A stretch of 64,000 nucleotides of DNA. It comes from Camelus dromedarius (taxonomy: Eukaryota). The first letter of the stretch is position 1; each line of letters begins with the position of its first letter. Below the pieces are notes generated by a model. The model was given only the letters and a program-made list of their open reading frames with translations, was not told the origin of the DNA and did not search any database. This document shows positions 53,561 to 64,000 of the stretch, piece after piece. The translations under genes were made by a program, and so were the position numbers. The stretch spans positions 2,666,001 to 2,730,000 of the forward strand of contig NC_087437.1 of the NCBI RefSeq assembly GCF_036321535.1, written 5' to 3'.

Positions 53561-56500
53561 CACACTAGCGTCTTTTTCTGAGATTTCATAAAGCGCAGGA
53601 CTATGATGATGGGAAGAGTAACACATTGTGGGGGCGCGGCAATGACGACAGGGCAAGTCATGTTCGTTATGAATGGGGGATCACATATAATTCATATTGT
53701 GAATAATGAAATGTCTTTTCCCTCTGTCTTAGTATTTCCAATAAAGTGAGTCAATAAAAGCAGCATAAATTGAATTTATAAAAAGAAAATAAAAGAAAAA
53801 CATAATAGTCTAAAAGTGATACAGTTCAAGTTTCAATTTAGCATAATCAAAATAAATGTGTTGAATTCCTTGATTAGCTTTTTTTTTAACTCAGTTATGG
53901 GATATTTTTAAGATAGCTGATGGCCCTTGAAGAGGGTGGGGATACTCATGGGAGGCTTGTGAGGGGCTTTGAGGGGCTAGGATGTTCTAACTGTTGACGT
54001 GCGTGGTGGGTACAGGGAGATTTACATACTGGACACAGAGTCCAGGTGTCTCCCTGCAGTCCGTGAATGCTGCAGCCAGGACCACGCCCCAGGAGGAGAC
54101 AGGACACCTCCCCAGAGCATCAGACTTGGCACTGACCTATTAACAGCCCAGTCTGTCCCACAGGAAATGAGCCCCACCTACAGATGCAGAGTTCTTAGGC
54201 GACAGCAAAATTTCATATCACATGAAAGAGAGAGACTGAAACACATACAAAATGCAGCAAACAGGTTGTGAAGGTAGAAGAAAACATCAGAGAACCTGAA
54301 ATATGTCTTCAGGGAATAATGATGAAATATTAGGATGCCTCACAAAGAAAACACCCAGCAAATAAAAGATACCTCAGAAATGAAAAATATAACAGAAATA
54401 ATTCCATTGCATCACCAGAAAACACTGCCCAAAAGAGAACAAAAAGAAAAGCTAAGGAAAAAAAAATGAAATTGGAAGAGCAATGCCACCTCTCCAACAG
54501 GACAGTGGTGGACAGAGGAATGGAGAGGAGTTATGTATCAATAAAATCATTCAAGAGTATTTCTCAGAATGGAAGGATGTGTGTTCCCACATTAAAAGGC
54601 TTCAGTGTGCTGCGCATGGTGGGTGGGTGAGCCTGACCTGTCAGGCGCACAGGACATACTCAGCTCACTGCAGAGACTCGACCCTAGAAACTTCCTGAGA
54701 ACAAACTCCCCCACAAAGTTTCCCGCCACGGAGCCTAGGGGTCCTACTTCTCCACAGCACATGGGGAAGCAGGAGATGGTGGCCGGTGTCCTCGGGATTC
54801 TCAGGGAATCGGCTTCCTGTCTAGACTTCCGGCCCCCAGAGCCAGAGGGAGCACTGCTTTCTGCAAGCACCATGGAAATCTGGGATTTGGACCCATCGGG
54901 TTAAGTGAAAGGGGGACATATGTGTTTTTTGTTTTGTTTTTAGTTTTGACTCACATCATTTTGCCTGTTTTTCTGTTGGCCTTTTCCTTTCCTGACCCAT
55001 TTGTCTTTGCTCTTTTTATGCAGGTTTAGGAAATGACCTGCATCTGTCGGGGGTATAAATACTTTGATTTTTATCAGTGGTGTTTTTCCAGATTCTCCTC
55101 GGATCCTTTGCCCAACCACCAAGTCCCCTCATTCCTGCCCCTTTGCAACCCTCAGTCGTGTCTCTTCCTCTGCCTTTCCACTTGCCCCCAAATTCCTTCC
55201 CATTTCTCCAGACCCTCCCCGCTCAGCACTGCTTCTCTGACAGTTACACCAGCAGAGACCAGCGCCAGCTTGGCAAGGCTCACCGCTGGAATCTGTAAAA
55301 GCGCCTGGCTGGGACATTCTTCCACCCCAGGGCCCAGGGCTGCCAGGCAGCGCTACGCCAGCCCAGGGAGGGAAGCAGAAGCTGCTTAGGAAAAAAGCAA
55401 CTCACCTGTGTGTCTCCAAAGAGCACTGCCTCTTTACAGGCATAAAGGAAGGTTTTAGTGTGCCCACACTGAGTGTCGTGTGAGGAGAAAACAGGACAAA
55501 GTATGTGGGTGCTCAGAGATCATCCACATCGACATCACTCGTGGGCCACTTGGGTTTTCTCAGCTCCAGTCTTTGCTTAACTCCTGGTACTTATAGCCAC
55601 TGGATGCGAATCATCTGTGCGCGGCAGTTATGCTGCAAACATGCCCACACGTGTGTGGGCTGTGCTTTAACTTGGTTTATGTTATGGACATGCAAAATTT
55701 TTTTTATTTGAATATAATCACATTTATCACACTTTTTATGATTTCTGCTCTTTGAAATGTTTAGATGATCCCTCCCTAACTTGATAACATAGGGTTTCCC
55801 TATATTTGATCATAATTAACTTAAATTTGAGTCCATCTTGAGATTATTTTGCAAAGACTTCGAGCCAGTGTTCTACATGTGGACAGTTTCCTCTGCCTCT
55901 CCTCCCAATCTGCAGGGCCCTCATGCTAGGTGCTAAAGGCCGTACACATTGACCTGTCTGGTTTGTTTCTCGGCCTCCAATGGTACCACACCAGGTGACA
56001 ACCCACAGCTTTATAAAAAGTCTTAATACCTAGGAGGGCAATGTCCACTGCTGGTTCTTGTTCATCTTGGCTCTTCCTGGAATTTTCACTTCCACATTTT
56101 AGAATTTTAGAATCAGTCTCTCAATTGCTAAAACAAATCCTAATTCTGGTGCACGTGTGTGTGGTTTCTGGATGTTCTCTGACGTTAAGATACTGCAAAC
56201 ACTGACTAGCTACCTTGTTGCTTCTGAGCTATCTACCCAGGAGAGCTAGACAGAGCCCAGAGGAGAGAGGGGTTGTGGAAGGACCAGAGGTAGCAGGTGA
56301 ATTCAGGTCTAGTCACAGGCGTACTTGGACTCAAGGAAGGACCAGACCACCTGCAGGGTCACGGGATTCTGGCAGCTGCAGGCATCTGGGGAGACTCAGT
56401 CGGCACAGACTGCCTCTGTTGAAGGAAGTATTAAGACAATAGTTCAATCAGGATGTTTCCCTCTGAGTGGTCAGGAGAGGTACATTGAGGCAGGTGGGGC

Positions 56501-57424
56501 AGGGTCATGACTGCCGCTGGGTTAACTTGTTTTCCAAAGGCTGTCCAGCCCCCCAGGGGCCTTTCTCCACTGCACTGTTCTGTGAAACTGCCCCAACTTC
56601 ACAGCCCCAGGGGTTGAGGAAATGGATGAAGGCTGCACGGGTGTAGATGGTGGTGACCACGCGAGTGACATTTGCTTTTCAAAGGCAAACTTGGACCCTG
56701 GAGAGCGGCGACACAGTGGGTTTGAGGTCCAGGGCAGCCAGGCAGCTCTTACATGTGTCAGGGACTCAGGGGTCACCCAGAGGGACTGGACCAGAGAGAG
56801 CATGTCCTCTGCAAAGAAAATCACTGGAAATGCTCTCTAGAGACAGAGTGAGGATTGTTAGGGGAGGAGGATGGGGGGTTTGAAAAGGAGGGCGGGAGTC
56901 AGGACGGGGTGGGGATGTGGAGGCTGGAGTGGGTTGGCAGGTGAATGCCAGGGGGAGGGTGAGCTTGGGACTCTCAAATAATTGGGGGAGGGGGAAGGCA
57001 CAGGAGGAGGCCACTGGAGGCTGTGGCAAGAGCCCACGGCTAGTGTCAGAGCGTGATGGGGCACAGGATAGAGAGGGGCGCTGGCACTCTTTCAGGAAGC
57101 TTCTGATGAGACAGAGAACAGTGGGACACTAGGTTGAAAAGTATCAAGGTTTAGGAAAATTCATTTCTTACATATAGAAAAGAAACAAATAGAAAAGGTA
57201 AAGATTGCAGATGTCAAGTGACCCTGAATGCCAAGTACCCTCAGCCCAGGGTCCCCTCCTGGAGGTCGCACAGGCCACCTCAAATTCAAACAGTCCAGAC
57301 AAAGCTGTCTTCCCAATCAGAAGGGAGCCCAGGGATCGTCTTGGTCTCTTTGCCTGCACCCCACCCCCCATATCAAATCAATGAGCTGTCCCGAACTTCT
57401 CCTAAATATCCCTCAGCGTCCATC

Positions 57425-57934
57425 TGTAACAGAGAACAGATCCGGCTCCATACTGGATCTGTTCCTTTAGTTTTCACCATTGTGCCCTGTTTTCTACTCT
57501 TGCCAGCTCTGCACCTTTTATGAAACAATGTTGCCTTTAGCCTGAAATACACAGGAGAGCCTATTCTGGGAGCTCTGACCTTGAAGGATGTTAGCACTTC
57601 TGCACTTAGGTAGAAACACAAGTTGCAAGATAGAGAATAACCTTTGTTTTGTTGGAGGTTTGCAGGGACACCATGGCCTGACCTACATGGACAGCTGCAA
57701 GAACAAAGAATTCCTGCAGCAAAAAGTTTGCAGCAACAAACCACACTCCCTCCCCTGTTTTTTGTATTAAAGGAGCCTGTATTCTGACTGGAGGATGGTT
57801 CTCCAAGACATTAGTCCGCCGTCCTCTTGGTCTGCCGGCTTTCTGAATAAAGTCGCTTTTCCTTGCCCCAACACCTCCTCTCTAATTTATTGGCCTGTTG
57901 TGCAGCGAGCAGAACAAGTTGGAACTCAGTAACA
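57425..57934 (+). mobile_element. Solo ERV LTR
   Basis: TGTAACAGAG...CTCAGTAACA termini; TATTAAA and AATAAA (about 57846) followed by a U5-like segment. Confidence 0.7.
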
Positions 57935-58939
57935 ATACTACCATTAACTGAGTAATAAGATGCACTAGCCTTTTACACTGTTTCGATAGTTCTGGGGAGA
58001 ACAAAAAAGGAGAATTGAAATCAGAGGTTTCATAACCTCTTATGGTTATGGTTTCATAACCATAAGAGAAGAAGGAGATGCTTGTTTCATGAATTCCTGG
58101 GACATGCACTGTATTCTAGATGGATTAAAACTTTTCTAAATGAGTTAGATTTATTTCAGTATGTGAAAAATATTCAAGGTTTGCAGATGAGACAACACAT
58201 TAACCTGTCAGCTCTTTTCAAGTTAATCTATAAATGCAACATAAAACCAATTAAAATTCCAATGAGAATTGTGGCCACCAGGCTTTACATTTCTCTCCCT
58301 CTCCAAGCAAAAATGATGAATAGATTTTTATCTGCCTCATTCACTGCTTTGTGACTAGTGTCTAGAATAAGAAAACACACGCCAAAATAAGTATCTTTGT
58401 GCAGAAACAAGGGGATCCAGGAAGCAGGTCTATAGCCACTGGCTGCCATCTTCTGGTCCTGAATTACATACAGCAGCTAGGAATTGGGCCCCTGAGAGGT
58501 GGTGGGAACTAAAAGCACTCATACATGGGTGGAGAGGGACCAAAAGCAAGCTCAATGTGTGGTACCTGGTCTCCAGCCCTGCCTCTCCTGGAAGGAGGCT
58601 AGGGATGCTGCCTGGAGCTCAGGCTACTTCCAAGATGCTCATCTTCCTGGCCAGGTCCTGGTGCAAGACCAGGACTACGGCCCACCTGCAGTGACCAGAA
58701 AAGGGAACCCCGAACTGTCCATATTAAGACCTGGCCCTGGACCACGGGATAAGAAGCAGAAGGAGCAACAAACTGAAACACAGAAGGGGAAAGATAAAAA
58801 AAGACAGACTGACAGCAAAAGCACATAAACTCACCTGCAAGGTGAGCCAGCAAAATCTAAAAGCCGTGGAAAAAATCAAAGAAGAAGAAAGTGCAAACAA
58901 ACAAAAACAATTAAGAGATGAATAACCTCCCTCCTAATT

Positions 58940-59297
58940 CATCTGGATGAATAAATCTAAAAAAAAAAAAAAAAAACAAAAAACCCAATGAACTCATCTA
59001 CAAAACAGAAACAGGCTCACAGACACAGTAAACAATCTAATGGTTACCGGGGAGAGTGGGTGGCAAGGAATAAATCTGGGAGTTTGAGATTTGCAAATAT
59101 TAACTACTATATATAAAAATAGATTAAAAAAACAAATTTCTTCTGTATAGCACAGGGAACCATATTCAGTATCTTATAATAATCTTTAGTGAAAAAGAAT
59201 ATGAAAACAAATATATATGTATATGCATGACTGGGACATGAGGCTGTACATCAGAAATTGACATTGTAACTGACTATACTTCAATTAAAAAAAAAAG
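58940..59297 (+). mobile_element. Artiodactyl-type L1 3' end
   Basis: AATGAACTCATCTACAAAACAGAAACAG...GTATAGCACAGGGAAC...GTAACTGACTATACTTCAATT followed by poly(A). Confidence 0.85.
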
Positions 59298-61355
59298 ATG
59301 TGGGAGGACTCTAGAAAGAAAAGTGCAACGCAACTGAATGATGTTTTTAAAGTGACCTGTATAAAGTTAAGCTTAAATTAAGGATAAGGCAGACAACAAT
59401 ATTCAAATATTGTGACATTTTTATGCAGGTTGGCAAAATGATTCCAGAAATAGTACTTAATAAAGGCCCAGAAAAGTCCAAACAATTCTGAAAATGAAGA
59501 GCTGGAAAGACTGAAGGTTTTGGAAACCACTAGGATGCACCCCGAAGGAAGAGGAGTTAAGATGGTCCAGTCTATCTGAGAGCTCCGTGTGCAACAGAAG
59601 TGTTCCCAACTGATGGGTGAAAGATAATTTGTTGAGAAACCAGCACTAGGCAAACTGGAATTCTGGACAGAAAAAGAAAATTGTATTTGTACTACACAAT
59701 ATATTCAAATATGAACTCCACATAAATTAAAGACATGAATGTAGAAAATAAGCCTTTGAAGAGAAAATATGAATAGTTCTGTCTCCTTAGAAAAAGAAGA
59801 ATTTGCAAGGATCCGAAAAGCAAGAAATACGAAAGGGAAAAATGATCAACTGGTTCTATCAAAACTGAGAACTTCTCTACGTACACTTTTAAAACAAAGT
59901 TAAAACACAGGGTACCGCTGAAAGATAATACTTAACACACACAAAGGATTTGTTGCCAGTTCAATGTATTAAAAACCCGTACATAATGAGTGACAAAAAG
60001 ACAACCTTATAGGAAAAGGACAGTGGATGTGGCAGACAATTGGCAAAAGAAATCCTGGGCAGCAAATAAACGTGGAGAAGGCACTCGATGTAATCAAGTT
60101 CATGAGTGATTAGGGAGCACAGATGAATTTAACAATGCGATCGCATGCCCACCAGACTCGCAAAAAACTTAACCTTTTAATAAGTATTGTTGAAGAGGAT
60201 TTTGAAATGTACATACACAGCAGATAACAGATCAAATTAAATCTATGCACACAGATATGTATGTCTGTTTAAACTAGTAGGAGGCATAAATATTAACACT
60301 GGACTTTAGGATTACAGGAAAGTTTTTTGTCTTCTTGGCACCCGGCACATCAGAGATGGACAATTAGTATTTCTCGATGCAGAACTTTGGCTAATTAATG
60401 AGTAATTATGATTTTTTTGAACAACTCTTTCCAATGACTATATTGGCACCAATATACGATAATCTCAAGCAAATCATTTCCAAGTCTATTTCAGAATAGC
60501 TCTAAGATCTGCAGTAGAGAGACTGAACTCAAATACAGTGCTGAGAACTCGATGGCTGTTTCTACAATGACCTTTAGAGAGCAGACAGCAGGCATGGAGC
60601 GTTCTCTGTTTCAGTTCAACAACAGACTCTGGAAATCTGTTATCAAGTTACCGTGAATTCACTCAGTAGGACAAAGAGAAAAGATGTAATGCCGGATGTG
60701 TGACCGAAACATGATGTTGTACACCAGAAACTGACAAGACACTGTAAACCGACATAACACTGTAAACTGACTTTACTTCAATTTAAAAAAGAAAGAAAAA
60801 AAAAAAATGCCAGGACCTTCTCATAGCATACTGAAAATAAGAAAAGTGGGATATAGGATGGAATATAGGAACAAATAAAGTATTGGGACTCACATGGGTG
60901 GCTTGTGGAGGAGGAGCTGGAGAATTACTGTACCACCCAAAAGTCAGGTCCGGGTGGCCAGACAAATGAAAGCACCCAGCCCCTCCCGGCACCTCCACAT
61001 TAGCGAGGGGACCTGACGCTCCACCCCATGGCAAAAAGCAGGAATAACCAGCCCCAGCCGCCTCCTGATCACCTGAGCTACCCAAGGCAGGGAGCAGCTG
61101 GACACCTAAAACCCACCTGGTGCCTCTGAAAGGGGTCAGCCCTTGGCTGCTTCTTGCCAACACCTCCTCAACCCTTTGGCCAGAAACACCAAGTTCATCT
61201 GGAGGCTCTTTTCCCCCTTCCGAGGAGTGCTCACCAGAAGGTAAATCTGGAGGACAATGACATCCACAGACTCTGGTGCACAGGATGCTGGGAGGGGATG
61301 CTGGGGACCGACAGTTACTCAATAAGCAGCAAAAATGATTAAATCTGGACTTTAC

Positions 61356-61465
61356 CCCATGGGTGTCCTGATGACGGCGTGTCTGGAGGTCAGAGGGATG
61401 TCTCCATTCAAGCATTTTGAACGTGGTGGTCTTCCCAGCTCCGTTCACCCCAGGAGCCCAAAGAA
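61356..61465 (-). pseudogene. ABCA13: ABCA13 NBD2 Walker A exon with -1/+1 frameshifts and a stop
   Basis: ctctcag|FFGLLG/VNGAGKTTTFKML/NGDIPLTSRHAVIRTPM GG|gtaaag; 110 nt. One G is missing (giving GGG TGA) and one extra T follows; the IRTPMG ending is ABCA13-like. Confidence 0.85.
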
Positions 61466-61509
61466 CTGAGAGGGGAAAACAAGGTAAACAATAATAAGCA
61501 AAATTACAT

Positions 61510-61952
61510 CACATGGAAGCAATCTAAATATTCATCAACAGATGACTGGATAAAGAAGTTGTGGTATATTTATACAATGGAATACTACTCAGCCATAAAA
61601 AAAGAACGAAATAATGCCATTTGCAGCAACATGGATGGACCTGGAGATAGTCATTCTAAGCGAAGTAAGTCAAAAAGAAAAATACCACATGATATCACTT
61701 ATCTGTGGAATCTAAACAAACAAAAAAAGAGACAATTACGAACCCATCTACAGAACAGAAACAGACTCACAGACTTAGTAAACAAACTCATGGTTACCAG
61801 GGAAAGGGGGTGGGAAGTGATAAATTTGGGAGTTTGAGATTTACAAATGTTAGCCACTATATATAAAAATAGACTTTAAAAAAATTTTCTACTCTATAGC
61901 ACAGGGAACTATGTTCAATACTTTGTAATAACCTTTAATGGAAAAAAAAAAT
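61510..61952 (+). mobile_element. L1 3' end (ORF2 tail and 3' UTR)
   Basis: [14 protein letters not shown] peptide followed by an artiodactyl-type 3' UTR. Confidence 0.9.
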
Positions 61953-63115
61953 AAGATGGTTTACTACGTCTGCGAACCTGTTTCTGCTTTGTAGATCTTA
62001 CACAGTTATTCATTCCTGGAGGGACAGGGACGTATCTGAGCCATCTCTGTCTCTTCTGCGGATTCTTCCATTCCAACTCAGTAATTAAACTGAGATTCTG
62101 GGAAAACGTCTAGCAAAGAGAACCCAGATGTAAATGACATCTTGGATCATTTCAGATACTGGAGCACCTCTCTTACGAAGGTTTCCAAGTTCTTCTCTTA
62201 CCCTTGAGTCTAAAATTACCATGGAGAGGTAGCGGCAAAACTAAACATTATTTTTTTAAAGCAAAGATTAAAAAAATATAGCTCAGTAGGATGGTGAAGT
62301 TTGTGTAACTGGCCTTAAAGTTGGGTAGTAAACTATTAAAAAAAAAAATTTCAGCATCTTGTCCCATTTGACCACACACCTCAGTGCTGGATGTAAGGGG
62401 GTTCCTGGATTGACTCAGATCAATCTCTTGGCTTCTCGTCACCTAAGAATACTCAGCTCTGAAATGCCTGTTTGCCACTCACAGCAGAGTGATGATATAA
62501 CCTACTTTGAATTTCTCAGAAGCTTGGAACAATACAACTGCAAGGTACTCTCTTATTTTTAAGTTAATTCAAGGTAATTATTTCCAGAACTATTTTCCTT
62601 CACGCATGAAGCACAAGTCAGAAACAATTTATACGGCTCCTGTCCATTCAGATTGAATATTTCTACTAGAATTAGTGTCGTATTCATTAAAAAAAGTTCT
62701 GAGTTATTATTATAGGGTGTGAGCGTTTTTACCTTTGCAGAACAGCATTTCACTAGGTGGGTTGAACTGGCCACTTAAAGAGTACTGATGCCCAAGCAAG
62801 AGTTAGATGTGGTTTCCTTCATTAGTTGCATTTATAAAATATTTGCACTCAATAGAAAAATCCCCTAGCCCAATCATTGAAACTCCTGAATCACTTACAT
62901 TAAAAAAAAATTATGAAATGGAATAAACCCCATCAACCAGCAAAGTTTTCACTAGGAAAGAGCCGACTGACTCTCTACTCGGATTCTGCAGAAATTTCTG
63001 AAATGTGAAGGCTGCTCTTAGCTGATTTTAGGTATTCTGAGACTACACAAGCAGGTCAACAATTAAGAGGAACAGGGGTTTGCAGCAGAAAAGTAACAAA
63101 GAGCAGCTTTTTTAC

Positions 63116-63308
63116 CTCTCCTCTTCTTACACCCAAGCTTATGTCTTGCACAGCGGTGGTTCTCTTGAAAAAGCTTCTGTAACTTTTACTAAGGTTGTAC
63201 AACATGAGAATGTCTCCATAGGTTCTTCCTTTCAACACCCTCATTTGCTCCTTTCCAACATCTATGTCCTTAGAAAATGTGACTGTGCCCTGAATGGCAG
63301 AAGGACGC
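63116..63308 (-). pseudogene. ABCA13: ABCA13 exon preceding NBD2 (open, 193 nt), part of a probably disabled copy
   Basis: tctctccag|[65 protein letters not shown]|gtaaaa, cf. human [41 protein letters not shown]. Confidence 0.85.
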
Positions 63309-64000
63309 CTGGAGAGAGAAGTGAGAGTTAATTCACTCCTGGGAAATGGGGCTGGAAGAATCCAGAGAGGGGGCGGCTCAGAGGTCACCCAAACAGAAGA
63401 TACGGTCTTCCGAGTCTGCAGTATCAGCTGGGGTGCATGCACCCCAGTTCTGCCATCCTGGTGACTGATAACCACAGAGTCAGTATTCATCCCTTAACGT
63501 GAAGGAAATGTGCGTGTGCCTGAAAGCGACGTGGATGGACACCAAACTAGAACGACTCTTCAATTTGATGAATAATAAAGTCATGCCAGACTTTCGTGTT
63601 GGAGGGACAAATAGTTTATTAGAATAAAAAGAGATCAACTCATGTAAGCACTTTTAGCAAACAGTAATGTTATAAAGTAGGTTACACACAAAAGGACCCA
63701 AACACTATAGTCCTATAGCGTACGCTGGATTGTATAAAAGGATTGCACGGCAAGCCCTGTGCTCAATGCCTGGCCCAACAGACTTACATGTCTGTTGGAC
63801 AAATACAAATTTAATTTTCAAGTCTAATTTATTTACTCTAAATCTGAGCTGCTCACTTTTCAATCTTCCTTGTGTTTTTCATTCCGGTGCATTTGAGCTT
63901 TCACATAAATCTCCATTTCTGCAAACTGTAATATGCCAATATTTTAATAACTAAATGAGTACAGATCACCGAGAGAGTGTTGTGCCAACATCAATTTCCT

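Overview
Mammalian genomic DNA, probably camelid (inferred from the tRNA-derived Vic-1-like SINEs and artiodactyl-type L1 3' ends). There is no prokaryotic content, and most listed ORFs are spurious. The window looks like a mosaic of intron-containing gene pieces. (1) A disabled EGFR kinase fragment (exon 21- and 22-like, +, 2377-3373). (2) A multi-exon, disabled ARHGAP20-like gene (PH, RA and RhoGAP exons, +, about 16.6-29.4 kb) with several expected exons apparently missing. (3) An orphan CpG island (about 31.9-33.0 kb) with splice donors on both strands. (4) An LTR cluster (34-39.6 kb). (5) An apparently intact three-exon CCDC201 (+, 40338-47708, 194 aa), whose exon-1 donor is duplicated in frame by a 105-bp repeat. 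(6) Two ABCA13 NBD2 exons (-, 61356-63308), one with compensating frameshifts and a stop, and no downstream exons found. EGFR, ABCA13 and CCDC201 are megabases apart on human 7p, so their co-occurrence within 64 kb suggests a segmental-duplication or breakpoint mosaic. Gene and repeat identities come from recalled sequences, not from database searches.
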